A DNA stretch of 64,000 bases from Anaerolineaceae bacterium. GTDB lineage: Bacteria; Chloroflexota; Anaerolineae; Anaerolineales; Anaerolineaceae. Below are positions 28,701 to 39,089 of this stretch, one piece after another; the first letter of the stretch is position 1, and every line of letters starts with the position of its first letter. Both the position numbers and the translations under genes were made by a program. Where the stretch lies: the NCBI GenBank assembly GCA_034003505.1, contig JAVEYK010000001.1, forward strand, positions 140,074 through 204,073. Direction: 5' to 3'. A model generated the notes under the pieces. The model was given only the letters and a program-made list of their open reading frames with translations. It was not told the DNA's origin and ran no database searches.

Positions 28701-29240
28701 GATGGGTTCTGGGGTCCGCGAGGCATTATTGTTGATGCAGAGGATCGGGTGTTTATCGCCGATACCGGTAATAAACGGGTGGCTGTGTTTGACTCGAATG
28801 GTAATTTTCTCACTCAATTTGGTGGGGCAGGCTTTGAACTAGGTCAATTAGATGAACCCGTTGGATTGGCTATGGGGCTCAATGAAGAAATTTATGTTTC
28901 GGATACATGGAACCAGCGTATACAAGTCTTCATGCCCGATTCAGAAAAAACGAATTACTACGCCATTAATTCATGGGATGTTTATGGCTGGTTTGGGCAG
29001 AGTCTCGATAACAAACCATTCCTGGCCACCGATAACCTCGGAAATGTTTACACTACTGATCCCGAAGGGTATCGCATACTTGGTTTCCAACCGGATGGTC
29101 AATTTCTGATGGGATGGGGTGATTACAGCCCCGGTTCCGATGGGTTTGGATTACCCGCTGCCATCGCGTTTGATAGGTATAATGGTGCCTGGGTGGCTGA
29201 TGCCGGCAATAATGTATTATTGCATTATATTTTGCCATAA
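25719..29240 (+). CDS. Fusion: GT-C fold (PMT/ArnT-like, TIGR03663-type) polytopic membrane protein + C-terminal six-bladed NHL beta-propeller
   Basis: GTG at 25719 lies 8 nt after GAGGTG (an ATG at 25734 is the alternative). The N-terminal region has the HDE, THGP and PLYYYAF signatures I recall for the Chloroflexi/archaeal TIGR03663/'YYY' families. More than 15 TM helices. From about 28380 there are six NHL repeats (ADSRNHRIQRF, TDTWNHRVQKF, ADTGNKRVAVF, SDTWNQRIQVF, TDPEGYRILGF, ADAGNNVLLHY). Confidence 0.7.
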   Translation: METVCMNAEKSSKIWLDKPVSDFLPKLTIENLIIIIIILLAIVSRFYDLGARVMSHDEINHVVPSWDLATGKGYTQDPVTHGPLQFHLIALTYFMFGDSDFTSRVPAALSSVIAIVLILFLFKRYLGKYGHLIGGFLFLISPYLLFYSRYTRNEGLIELIAVLMIYATLRYLDRGDTLSLFLLTISHALNFAAKETAYIYIAILLLFLAFQFLTEVIREHWLTVKSRQLFVILTVTTLGLLFAGIILGYIGAKQNPTNETGELISQTASNIGLFSSLTVLLAILIGIATVFVLVKGIGLNAIRHLRTFDLLILNGTIVLPLLVAFPINIFGSLLGQTWRPTDYSTMGMVRIGIGLLVLGGIAAAIGLWWNRKLWLKNMAVFWIIFTVFYTTFFTNGKGFFTGVVGSLGYWLEQQAVNRGTQPLYYYAFLQMPFYEYLPIFGFLIAVIFGLMHLRKSSLPVSVPLSPLTTNESLLLLQTKENDEIIDTHVPDETTSDLEADLIVDDQMERVSKEDPFSFSQNHYRVPVLFLLAFFSVMNLLAYSLAGEKMPWLTVHIALPFVLTAAWGFDKLISQIPWQKFRTGKSWLSLLLLPVVITSLVGFVGALLGPIPPFQGNSLEQLQVTSTFIMSMIVLVLSMYGFVYYLRELKWIGIARLMVLAFAFLLTILTIRTAFMASFINYDNGKEFLVYAHADRGPKDILAQVEEISKRTVGEKKINVAYDNDSLYPYWWYFRDYPNKQWYTDKPTRDLLNSPIILASDQNYSKIDALVKDEYVKYDYIRLVWPTQDYYFLTWDRVKYAITDANMRSALFQIWLSKDYSKYAEIKGRSDLTVATWSPSDSIRMYLRKDVIGQIWNYGSMPAVVSEPVVDPYEGKIQSLLPDRMIGSFGKEAGQLDAPRGVAIGPDGSIYVADSRNHRIQRFAEDGTFLNMWGSYADILSGDAPQGTFNEPWGIAVGSDGSVYVTDTWNHRVQKFTAEGDFITMWGYFGAAENPDGFWGPRGIIVDAEDRVFIADTGNKRVAVFDSNGNFLTQFGGAGFELGQLDEPVGLAMGLNEEIYVSDTWNQRIQVFMPDSEKTNYYAINSWDVYGWFGQSLDNKPFLATDNLGNVYTTDPEGYRILGFQPDGQFLMGWGDYSPGSDGFGLPAAIAFDRYNGAWVADAGNNVLLHYILP

Positions 29241-29269
29241 AGATTTGAAGCTGGTTATTTAAAAATTTT

Positions 29270-29308
29270 AGCAGAAACAAGAAATTTTTTCATATTCTTG
29301 TTTCTGCT
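29270..29308. terminator. Strong hairpin between convergent genes (probable bidirectional terminator)
   Basis: Perfect 14-bp stem, AGCAGAAACAAGAA (29270-29283) with TTCTTGTTTCTGCT (29295-29308), and an 11-nt loop. No clean T-run on the + side. Confidence 0.5.
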
Positions 29309-29339
29309 CTCACAGAAATTAGCCTCTATAGGTGGATAA

Positions 29340-29519
29340 TCAGGATTTTTTTTCCTGCTGCTTGTACCCATCAATGATAGCGCCAAAAACAATACCAACA
29401 CCGACACCAATACCGGCGCCAATCGCTACATTATTGAACACAACACCAAGTCCAGCACCAATTGCTGCTCCAAACACAATACCCAGACCTACATTTGACG
29501 TTTTATTTTTATTATCCAT
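29340..29519 (-). CDS. Glycine-zipper small membrane protein (59 aa)
   Basis: GxxxG-rich segment GLGIVFGAAIGAGLGVVFNNVAIGAGIGVGVGIVFGAII. I chose the ATG at 29519, preceded by GGAGAGGTGA. The track ORF starts at 29573. Confidence 0.6.
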   Translation of the reverse strand: MDNKNKTSNVGLGIVFGAAIGAGLGVVFNNVAIGAGIGVGVGIVFGAIIDGYKQQEKKS

Positions 29520-29774
29520 AATAATTGTCACCTCTCCTTCATTCAATTTAACGCGTACAAAATTTATTATCATCTGCCCAAATAACTATTCCGAATTTAT
29601 GCCTTGTATTAAGGATTTCTCAGGTTGATCATAACAAAATTTAGGATTAATACACCGATCAAAAGGATAGAAAAAAATTGTCCAAAAGCCAGGTTTTCTA
29701 TAATCATCCGGGCTGAATTTGGTATCAATTGAATAACTTCATGGTAAGATTGCGACTTGATTGGAACGTAGAAA

Positions 29775-30662
29775 ATGGGTGAATTTGCAGCGATCTCAGC
29801 AGCTTTATTATGGGCAGTATCTTCGATTTTCTTTTCATATTCCGGAAAGCAAATTGGCTCTCCTTCATTAAATCGCATTCGTTTAAGTTTTGCTTTTTTC
29901 TTTTTGATTATTACGCACGCCCTGGTTTACCGGACGCCAATCCCATTCAACGCTTCTGCTGAACAGTGGTTGTGGCTGGGTTTATCCTCCATCATCGGAC
30001 TGGTCGTGGGAGATTTATTTTTATTTCAATCGTTCATTATGGTAGGACCCAGATTGGGCATGTTGGTGATGGCAATCAGTCCGGTGATCAGCGCAATATT
30101 TGCCTGGATTTTTCTGGGAGAGATTTTATCAGCTCTCCAAATTGTAGGGATTATTCTCACCATCGGTGGGATTGCATTGGTGATTTTGGATCGCAATAAT
30201 TCACACAATCCTATTTATAGCGAACGTCATAAGTGGATGGGGATTCTATTTGGGGTGGGAGCAGCGATCGGGCAGGCTATCGGGCTCATCTTCGCTAAAA
30301 AAGGTCTGCCAGCCGAATTTCCCGCACTTTCAGGGGTGGTCATTCGGGTACTGGTCGCATTTGTTTCGGTATGGTTCGCCGCAATCATTACAAAGCAATT
30401 TACAAAAAGCTTCAGGCAAATCAGGCAATTCCCGAAAGCATTTCAATCAGCAATCGCTGGGGCAATGGTGGGCCCATTTCTTGGGGTCTGGTTATCTTTG
30501 ATTGCTGTTCAATTTGCAAAAGTGGGGATTGCATCCACACTGATGGCATTAACACCAATCTTCCATTTACCAATCGGCACAATCTTAAAAGAAAAGATTA
30601 CCAAACAAGCAATTGTTGGCACCTTTATTGCGGTGATTGGTGTGGCAATCATTTTCCTGTAA
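29775..30662 (+). CDS. EamA/DMT-superfamily transporter
   Basis: 295 aa with 10 TM helices in two EamA-like halves. N-terminus ISAALLWAVSSIFF. Confidence 0.75.
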   Translation: MGEFAAISAALLWAVSSIFFSYSGKQIGSPSLNRIRLSFAFFFLIITHALVYRTPIPFNASAEQWLWLGLSSIIGLVVGDLFLFQSFIMVGPRLGMLVMAISPVISAIFAWIFLGEILSALQIVGIILTIGGIALVILDRNNSHNPIYSERHKWMGILFGVGAAIGQAIGLIFAKKGLPAEFPALSGVVIRVLVAFVSVWFAAIITKQFTKSFRQIRQFPKAFQSAIAGAMVGPFLGVWLSLIAVQFAKVGIASTLMALTPIFHLPIGTILKEKITKQAIVGTFIAVIGVAIIFL

Positions 30663-30755
30663 CCGGTGGTTGGACTGAAAAAAAAGCTGATTGGTCTTTC
30701 CCCTGAAAACCGTTCAAGCAACTTTTTTTCAAATTGCCATCTAAATATGTTCGCG

Positions 30756-31157
30756 TTACCGTTTTTTGTGCGGTCGATTCTTCAAATCATCCTTAAAAAG
30801 ACCCGTCAGCACAAAACTTACGATACTGACGATAATCGCTCCCAGCAGTCCAACCCAAAAATTTTCGACGGTGAAACCCACCTCGAATTGGGTTCCAATC
30901 CATCCAGCCATCATGAACATTAACGTGTTGATGACCAATGTCCCCAGACCTAAGGTTAGGATTAATAGAGGGCAACTCATTACCACTAACAAGGGTTTTA
31001 TAATGGCATTTACCAGTCCAAAAATTAACGCCAACCAAATAAAACTTAACCAGTTTTCATTTTGTGGTGTGATTCCATGACCATTTAATAGAGCAACCGC
31101 AGCATACAAAGCTACCGCATTAATCCCTAATCGAATAAGCAATTTTTTCATATTCAT
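30756..31157 (-). CDS. Phage-holin-superfamily-IV/YvlD-like 4-TM membrane protein
   Basis: 133 aa. LGINAVALYAAVALL..GLVNAIIKPLLVVMSCPLLILTLGLGTLVINTLMFMMAGWI resembles the PF04020 (YvlD) pattern. Confidence 0.6.
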   Translation of the reverse strand: MNMKKLLIRLGINAVALYAAVALLNGHGITPQNENWLSFIWLALIFGLVNAIIKPLLVVMSCPLLILTLGLGTLVINTLMFMMAGWIGTQFEVGFTVENFWVGLLGAIIVSIVSFVLTGLFKDDLKNRPHKKR

Positions 31158-31205
31158 CTCCTTTCATCATTAAATACGTTTTTAAAACCGTAAAGTTGCA
31201 TCACC

Positions 31206-32192
31206 CTACGATTGGAAATGAGATGGGGTCACCATTTCTTCCATCCAGATCAAGGTATGGTTTTTTTCAAAACCCAATCTCATAAACATTTCTTCACCCC
31301 GGTCAACCGGATAATTGATCGTTTGAGGTCTCATGCTAAACGTTGCTGATCGAAAGTAAGGAACTGCCACTCGAATAACTTCCTCATCAAATTTTTCATC
31401 CGTGACAATCCAAAGATTATCAGCAAACAAGCTGGTTCTCTCCAGTGAAGCAAACCCGATCGGTTGATTTCCATTGAAAATACTGATATGAGAAATGGAA
31501 ATTCCTGATAATAACCTGGATAATTCAGGCCAGAACCCGGGGATGAATTTTTTCTCTTTCAATCCGAGATTCCAGCGAACTTCATCGGGATAGACATCCA
31601 GCAATAATTGTCGATGTCTTTCCCACTCTATTTTTTTCCTTTTTCTGATCCTGATAATGTTTTCAGTCGGTTTGGTTAACCTATTTCTTGATTTGATGGT
31701 ATAGGTTGAACGCCGGCAACGTTCAATAAACCCCATTTGTTGATAAAGTTCAATAGCAGGGGGGTTATCATCCCGCACCTGAAGCCAGATACTTTTGGCA
31801 GATTTTTCCCGCGCATATTTAAGAGATCTGGCAGTCAGATCGAACGCGATGCGTTGCCTGCGAAAATCAGGATGTACCGCCACATTAGCGACCAGGTACA
31901 CAAAATCTCCCTCTTTGTGAAATGGGATCATCGATAAATTCCCAACGATACGTCCATCCACCTCATAGACAAAACCTTGAATCGGTGCTTGAGCGAGTTG
32001 AGGTCGACCTACGCCTAAGTACAAGCTGCTATTATCAGAGGCGATTTTTCTTAAATATCGAATATAGTCCAAACCATCGTCGTCGATCGTTTCTTTAAAA
32101 CATAATTCAATCAGATCAGCAATTGCTCGTAGATCAGTACTGGGGTTTAGAGCCCGTATTTTTCCTGCCCTGATTCCTGAATTATCATTCAT
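31206..32192 (-). CDS. GNAT-family N-acetyltransferase (two-domain)
   Basis: Acetyl-CoA binding motif VHPDFRRQRIAFDLTARSL and ELYQQMGF in the N-terminal half. The second half is degenerate GNAT-like. Confidence 0.65.
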   Translation of the reverse strand: MNDNSGIRAGKIRALNPSTDLRAIADLIELCFKETIDDDGLDYIRYLRKIASDNSSLYLGVGRPQLAQAPIQGFVYEVDGRIVGNLSMIPFHKEGDFVYLVANVAVHPDFRRQRIAFDLTARSLKYAREKSAKSIWLQVRDDNPPAIELYQQMGFIERCRRSTYTIKSRNRLTKPTENIIRIRKRKKIEWERHRQLLLDVYPDEVRWNLGLKEKKFIPGFWPELSRLLSGISISHISIFNGNQPIGFASLERTSLFADNLWIVTDEKFDEEVIRVAVPYFRSATFSMRPQTINYPVDRGEEMFMRLGFEKNHTLIWMEEMVTPSHFQS

Positions 32193-32353
32193 GCGGTTTT
32201 ATTTTACACCACTGAAATCGATATACAAAGAGAAACATTTCCTGAAAAGAAATCAAACAATCATTCCGGCTCATTTCCTGCAACGTTCATTTGATGTCTT
32301 GCAATATTCTTACATGCTTCTAATACAATACTTGTAATTTTCTACACTTGATT

Positions 32354-32363
32354 TTGATATAAT
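32354..32363 (+). promoter_or_regulatory. Putative extended -10 promoter of clpC
   Basis: TTGATATAAT contains TGnTATAAT. The same 12-mer, TTGATATAATGC, occurs upstream of rpsO. No good -35 box. Confidence 0.35.
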
Positions 32364-32419
32364 GCTACATGATAATGAAGATAATTGTGCATGGAGCATA
32401 ACGGAAGGACATTACCTAT

Positions 32420-34870
32420 ATGATGAGATTTGATCGATTTACAGAACGAGCTCAGGAAGCTGCGCAAAGAGCAGCAGAGATCATTCAACGGTACGGCCAC
32501 AACCAGATTGATACTGAGCACATTCTTTTAGCCCTGATTGAACAACCAGAAGGGGTTATTCCTCAAATTTTGGAAATTTTAAAAATTGACCCCAGTATTC
32601 TTGAAGAGAGATTGGATTACATTCTGCGCACCAGCCCAAAAGCCAGTATTTTTGGCGGTGGAGCGGGACAGGTTTTCATTACTCCGCGGGTAAAAAGGAT
32701 TATTGACCTGGCAAATGAAGAAGCTAGCCGCTTAAAAGATGAATACATTTCGACGGAACATATTTTTCTGGCGATTCTCAGTGAAAAAAATACCCCGGCT
32801 GCCCGCTTATTAGAGGGTTCTGGAATCAATCGGGAACGAGTGGTGGAAGCCATTAATCAGTTACGTGGTGGTCAAAGAGTAACCGATCCGCAAGCTGAAA
32901 CCCGCTATCGCAGTCTTGAGAAATATTCCCGTGATTTAACCACCCAGGCCCGTGAAGGAAAATTAGACCCGGTAATTGGACGTGATAATGAAATTTTACG
33001 GGTCATGCAAATACTTTCACGCAGAACCAAAAACAATCCAGTGCTCATTGGTGAAGCTGGTGTAGGAAAAACAGCCATCGTTGAAGGATTGGCTCAAAAG
33101 ATCGCTTCTAATGACATTCCCGAAATTCTGATGGGTAAAAAGGTTATATCGTTGGATTTAAGCGCCATGATTGCCGGTTCACGCTTTAGAGGCGAATTTG
33201 AAGAGCGATTGAAAGCAGCGATTGAAGAAGTGCAACGTGCAGAGGGAGAAGTCATTCTTTTCATCGATGAACTGCACACTGTTGTTGGAGCTGGAGCAGC
33301 CCAGGGAGCCATGGATGCTTCAAATATGCTTAAGCCTGCCTTAGCTCGTGGTGATTTGCAATGTATCGGTGCTACGACGCTGGATGAATTCCATAAACAC
33401 ATCGAGAAGGATTCTGCTCTGGAGCGCAGGTTTGCACCCGTTTATGTAGAAGAACCCAACATAGAAGATACGATCGAAATGTTGCGTGGTCTGCGTGACC
33501 GCTATGAAGCACATCATAAAGTCCGTTTCGCAGATGATGCCCTCGTGTCAGCTGCCAGGTTATCCTCTCAATACGTCACAGGCCGTAAGTTGCCAGACAA
33601 AGCCATTGACTTGATGGATGAAGCCGCTGCAAAATTACGGGTCGCCCTTTATTCCTTACCAGCAGACTTGAAAAAAATGAAAACCGAACTGGATCGTTTG
33701 GCTGCAGAAGAGGAAAAAGCAGGCGTGGAACGTGATTATGAAAGAGCAGCCCGCATGAAAGCCGAGCGGTTACGTCTTCAAACCGAATTTGACGTACAGC
33801 GTGACCAATGGGAAGCCGAACACAAATTGGATGAAGTAGTGGACATTGATGATATCGCCCAGGTCGTAGCCCAATGGACTGGCATCCCGGTAAATCAGAT
33901 GATGGAAACAGAATCCGAGAAATTATTACACATGGAAGAACGATTGCACGAAAATATCATTGGGCAGGATGAGGCAGTCAAAGCGATTTCAGATGCAATT
34001 CGCCGTTCACGCTCTGGTCTCAAAGATCCGCGCAGACCGATTGGTTCATTTATTTTTATCGGACCTTCCGGAGTTGGTAAAACTGAACTCGCAAAGGCAT
34101 TAGCCGCATCCATGTTTGGCGATGAAGATGCCCTGGTGCGTCTGGATATGAGTGAATACCGCGAACAACATACTGCCTCCCGGTTATTTGGTGCTCCTCC
34201 AGGATATGTCGGATATGAAGAAGGTGGACAGCTTACCGAAGCGGTTCGCCGCCGGCCATATCGGGTAATTTTATTTGATGAAATTGAAAAAGCACATCCC
34301 GAAGTGTGGAACTCGCTGCTCCAGATCCTGGATGATGGCAGGCTTACGGATGGGCAGGGGAATCAGGTGGACTTCCGCAACACAGTTCTAATCATGACAT
34401 CCAATCTGGGAACTGAATTTGTGAAGAAAGGTGGTACCCTGGGATTCCTGTCCAGTGATAATGAAGAACGAGATGCTCATGAGAATATCGAGAAAGCGTT
34501 AAAAAGCACTTTTCGTCCTGAATTTATCAACCGGGTTGATGAAATTATCATGTTCTCACCGCTGACAGTAGATCAGGTCAAGGATATCGTCATATTGCAA
34601 ATGAAGGAAATTCAGGAACGCCTGGAAGAGAGTGGGATTAAGGTTGAACTGAGTGAAGCAGCGCGGGATTGGTTGGCCCATGAAGGCTATGATGCCATGT
34701 TTGGAGCACGACCCTTACGCCGCGCACTGCAAAAATTCATTGAAAGTCCTTTGTCTGTCAGTATTCTGGCCGGAGAATTCCACGATGGAGACATTATTGA
34801 GGTCGTTCTGAATGAGGAAACGAAAAAATTAGAGTTTATCAAAAAAGAGACGGTCAAAGACCCCGAATAA
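32420..34870 (+). CDS. clpC: ATP-dependent Clp protease ATP-binding subunit ClpC
   Basis: Double Clp_N repeat, two AAA+ modules ([16 protein letters not shown]), and a short middle region with a UVR-like [15 protein letters not shown] motif. At 816 aa it is ClpC-sized, not ClpB. Confidence 0.85.
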   Translation: MMRFDRFTERAQEAAQRAAEIIQRYGHNQIDTEHILLALIEQPEGVIPQILEILKIDPSILEERLDYILRTSPKASIFGGGAGQVFITPRVKRIIDLANEEASRLKDEYISTEHIFLAILSEKNTPAARLLEGSGINRERVVEAINQLRGGQRVTDPQAETRYRSLEKYSRDLTTQAREGKLDPVIGRDNEILRVMQILSRRTKNNPVLIGEAGVGKTAIVEGLAQKIASNDIPEILMGKKVISLDLSAMIAGSRFRGEFEERLKAAIEEVQRAEGEVILFIDELHTVVGAGAAQGAMDASNMLKPALARGDLQCIGATTLDEFHKHIEKDSALERRFAPVYVEEPNIEDTIEMLRGLRDRYEAHHKVRFADDALVSAARLSSQYVTGRKLPDKAIDLMDEAAAKLRVALYSLPADLKKMKTELDRLAAEEEKAGVERDYERAARMKAERLRLQTEFDVQRDQWEAEHKLDEVVDIDDIAQVVAQWTGIPVNQMMETESEKLLHMEERLHENIIGQDEAVKAISDAIRRSRSGLKDPRRPIGSFIFIGPSGVGKTELAKALAASMFGDEDALVRLDMSEYREQHTASRLFGAPPGYVGYEEGGQLTEAVRRRPYRVILFDEIEKAHPEVWNSLLQILDDGRLTDGQGNQVDFRNTVLIMTSNLGTEFVKKGGTLGFLSSDNEERDAHENIEKALKSTFRPEFINRVDEIIMFSPLTVDQVKDIVILQMKEIQERLEESGIKVELSEAARDWLAHEGYDAMFGARPLRRALQKFIESPLSVSILAGEFHDGDIIEVVLNEETKKLEFIKKETVKDPE

Positions 34871-34888
34871 AACTCATTATTTCAAAAC

Positions 34889-34928
34889 AAAAAATCCGGG
34901 TTTATCGATGATGAACCTGGATTTTTTT
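34889..34928 (+). terminator. Rho-independent terminator after clpC
   Basis: AAAAAATCCGGGTT (34889-34902) pairs with AACCTGGATTTTTT (34914-34927) with one G-U pair. The T-run extends to 34928. Confidence 0.65.
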
Positions 34929-35028
34929 ATCCATAGGATGACGAATCGAATGATAAAATTTTCCATGGAATTTTGATTTCATTTTAATCACATGAAAAGT
35001 GATTGTTTTATATTAACACAAGCATTGT

Positions 35029-35057
35029 TTGACAGTCACCCCACCTATCGTTATACT
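35029..35057 (+). promoter_or_regulatory. Putative sigma-70 promoter of gmd
   Basis: Consensus TTGACA (35029-35034), 17-nt spacer, TATACT (35052-35057). Confidence 0.5.
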
Positions 35058-35111
35058 TGGGTTCAATTTGATTAAAGAATTACCCACTTGGTTGGGTTTC
35101 AGGAGGTTTCT

Positions 35112-36182
35112 TTGAAAAAGGCACTTGTTACAGGAATAACCGGGCAGGATGGCTCGTATTTAGCTGAACTTCTATTGGCCAAAGGCTATGAGGTTCATGG
35201 ACTGATCCGGCGAGCCAGCACTTTCAATACCAGAAGAATCGATCACATCTATCATGATCCTCATAATGCTGGCGGGGAAGTCAAATTAATCCTTCATTAT
35301 GGCGATGTCTCCCAGTCAGAGGCATTGGTGGATGTCATTTATAACATTCGTCCAGATGAAATTTATAATCTTGCAGCACAAAGCCATGTTCGAGTAAGTT
35401 TTGACATGCCTGAGTATACCGGAGACGTTACCGGATTAGGGACCATCAGAATACTGGAAGCCATTCGAAAAAGTGGCGTGAAAACCAGATTTTATCAGGC
35501 ATCCTCCAGTGAATTATATGGTTCCTCCCAACCACCCCAAAACGAAGATACGCCCTTCCGCCCACAAAGCCCCTATGCAGCTGCCAAGTTATATGGCTAC
35601 TGGGTCACCAAACAATATCGCGATGGATATGGAATTTTCGCAAGTAATGGCATTCTGTTCAATCACGAGTCACCCCGTCGAGGCGAAACGTTCGTAACAC
35701 GAAAAATTACCCGCGCGCTCGCAAATATTATTAAAGGCAATCAGAAGAACTTATACCTGGGAAACCTGGATGCTAAACGCGACTGGGGTTACGCACCGGA
35801 TTACGTGGCGGCGATGTGGAAAATGATGCAGCATCATGAAGCCGGGGATTTTGTGATCGGTACCGGGGAAGCTCATTCTGTGCGGGAATTTTTAGATGAA
35901 GCGTTCGGATATCTAAACATGGACTGGCACGATTATGTTCGCATTGATCCCCGTTATTTCCGCCCCAATGAAGTGGATTATCTACTGGCTGATCCTTCTA
36001 AGGCAATCCAGGAAATTGGATGGACACCACGAGTATCCTTTAAGGAATTGGTGAAAATTATGGTCGATGCTGATATGGAGTTGGTTGATCTGGAATCGCC
36101 AGGTGAAGGAAAATCTTTATTAGAAAAACATCATGGACGCTGGCATCGTTGGGATAGCCAGGTTGTCAGCATGGACCGCTAA
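35112..36182 (+). CDS. gmd: GDP-mannose 4,6-dehydratase
   Basis: [19 protein letters not shown], the SSSELYG and YAAAKLY catalytic motifs, and NHESPRRG. I chose the TTG at 35112, 5 nt after GGAGG. The track start is 35088. Confidence 0.9.
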   Translation: MKKALVTGITGQDGSYLAELLLAKGYEVHGLIRRASTFNTRRIDHIYHDPHNAGGEVKLILHYGDVSQSEALVDVIYNIRPDEIYNLAAQSHVRVSFDMPEYTGDVTGLGTIRILEAIRKSGVKTRFYQASSSELYGSSQPPQNEDTPFRPQSPYAAAKLYGYWVTKQYRDGYGIFASNGILFNHESPRRGETFVTRKITRALANIIKGNQKNLYLGNLDAKRDWGYAPDYVAAMWKMMQHHEAGDFVIGTGEAHSVREFLDEAFGYLNMDWHDYVRIDPRYFRPNEVDYLLADPSKAIQEIGWTPRVSFKELVKIMVDADMELVDLESPGEGKSLLEKHHGRWHRWDSQVVSMDR

Positions 36183-36183
36183 T

Positions 36184-36669
36184 ATGGACAAAGCGAGATC
36201 CATTCTTTTCGTGTGTACCGCCAATCAATGCCGTTCCCCTATGGCAGAAGCATTGATGAAAGATTATCTTAAAAGGATGGCTCTCCCTTCCAGTTGGACC
36301 GTTCAATCAGCAGGAACCTGGGCTGAAAATGGTCATCCAGCAACTGCTTTTGGAATTAAAGCAATGGCACAACGAGGATTGGATACCAGTAACCACCAAT
36401 CTCAATTAATCACCAGAGAATTGTTAACTCAATTTGACTTGATCCTTACAATGGAATCCGGACATAAGGAAGCTATTCAAATCGAATTTCCTGAATTTTC
36501 AAAAAAAGTATTCATGTTATCGGAATTGTCCTGCGACCATGTAAATATAGAAGATCCAATCGGTGGCAAATACGAAGATTATGAAAAAACAGCTGATGAA
36601 ATCGACGAATGGATTATTAAAGGGCTCCCGAATATGCTGCGGATACTGGGTTTTCCTGAACCTCAATAA
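36184..36669 (+). CDS. Low-molecular-weight phosphotyrosine/phosphoarginine protein phosphatase family
   Basis: P-loop VCTANQCRSPMAE (CX5R-S) and the acid-loop EDPIGG. The ATG at 36184 is 2 nt after the gmd stop. Confidence 0.8.
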   Translation: MDKARSILFVCTANQCRSPMAEALMKDYLKRMALPSSWTVQSAGTWAENGHPATAFGIKAMAQRGLDTSNHQSQLITRELLTQFDLILTMESGHKEAIQIEFPEFSKKVFMLSELSCDHVNIEDPIGGKYEDYEKTADEIDEWIIKGLPNMLRILGFPEPQ

Positions 36670-36706
36670 TTAATCGTAAATTTCATAACAGAAAAAGCGA
36701 GGGCTG

Positions 36707-37027
36707 ATGGGGAAAGACATCAAACAACTGACAATTGATATGCATCAATTTGTTTCTGCAAAGGGTTGGTATCAGCCGGACAGTAAACGTCCACAGACAC
36801 CCAAAAATATCGCCATATCCCTGGTGCTGGAAGCGAGCGAAGTATTGGAACATTTTCAATGGCACGAAAATGATCTCACTAAAAAACAATTGGAAGGTGA
36901 AGTTGCAGATGTTGCCCTTTATCTTTTTCAACTCTGTCAAATTTGTAAGATTGATCTTGAGGATGCCATCGACCAGAAGCTAAAACAAAATTATAAACGC
37001 GAATGGGACCAAAATACGGTAAAATAG
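36707..37027 (+). CDS. Small MazG-like nucleotide pyrophosphohydrolase
   Basis: 106 aa, all-alpha. The EASEVLEHFQW..EVADVALYL pattern matches the EExx(E/D) MazG/NTP-PPase core. Confidence 0.65.
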   Translation: MGKDIKQLTIDMHQFVSAKGWYQPDSKRPQTPKNIAISLVLEASEVLEHFQWHENDLTKKQLEGEVADVALYLFQLCQICKIDLEDAIDQKLKQNYKREWDQNTVK

Positions 37028-37045
37028 CACGTATTCAAAGGATCA

Positions 37046-37573
37046 ATGATGAAAATCACAATCTTCGGCGGCTCTTCCCCTCTACCAGAAAGCAGAGAGT
37101 ATCAATTTGCATATGATCTGGGGTATGCCCTGGCAAAGAGCGGGCATACCGTGCTGACTGGTGGCTATATGGGCACAATGGAAGCATCTTCAAAAGGTGC
37201 ATCGGAGGCCGGAGGGCATGTAATTGGTATCACCTGTGAGGAAATAGAACGCTGGCGAAAGCGCAGCCATAACGAATGGGTACGGGAAGAATGGAAGCTG
37301 GAAACTTTGCATGAGCGCATGATCAAATTGATTGATTCATGTAATACAGCCATTGCCTTACCGGGTGGACCCGGAACCCTGGCTGAAATTGTGCTCATGT
37401 GGAACAGAATTCAAATTGAAGCAATCCCACCCGTACCTATCATTTTGGTTGGGGAAGAATGGAAAAAGATTTTTTCTTTATTCTATCAGGAACTGAATGG
37501 TTACATTCCACCATCCAGCATGAAAACCATTAAATTTGCCTACACGATCGAGGAAGTAATTTCATTTTTATAA
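37046..37573 (+). CDS. LOG/TIGR00725-family Rossmann protein (SLOG superfamily)
   Basis: TGGYMGTMEASSKGASEAGGHVIGI and PGGPGTLAE motifs. Confidence 0.7.
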   Translation: MMKITIFGGSSPLPESREYQFAYDLGYALAKSGHTVLTGGYMGTMEASSKGASEAGGHVIGITCEEIERWRKRSHNEWVREEWKLETLHERMIKLIDSCNTAIALPGGPGTLAEIVLMWNRIQIEAIPPVPIILVGEEWKKIFSLFYQELNGYIPPSSMKTIKFAYTIEEVISFL

Positions 37574-37578
37574 CCTGA

Positions 37579-39054
<1,476 letters not shown>

Positions 39055-39089
39055 TCGTTTGCCAGGCTCTTGAGAGTAGAGCTTATCGA

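Noticed and set aside
29609-29878. Full-length 89-aa minus-strand ORF overlapping the start of the EamA transporter gene.
   Set aside because: It overlaps a well-supported gene by about 100 nt. Its N-terminal two-thirds look non-protein-like. Only the short C-terminal hydrophobic peptide was kept, as a low-interest note.
32193-32419. CtsR operator (GGTCAAA direct repeat) or mcsA/mcsB genes associated with clpC.
   Set aside because: The region has no such repeat, and clpC is monocistronic here, bounded by its own terminator.
32420-34870. Alternative call of this Clp ATPase as ClpB.
   Set aside because: The middle domain is short, the protein is 816 aa, and a UVR-like motif is present. All of this fits ClpC rather than the longer coiled-coil M-domain of ClpB.
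34986-35004. Palindrome AATCAC-N7-GTGATT about 25 nt upstream of the gmd -35 box.
   Set aside because: The arms are only 6 bp in AT-rich DNA, which is easily a chance occurrence, and there is no second copy in the window.
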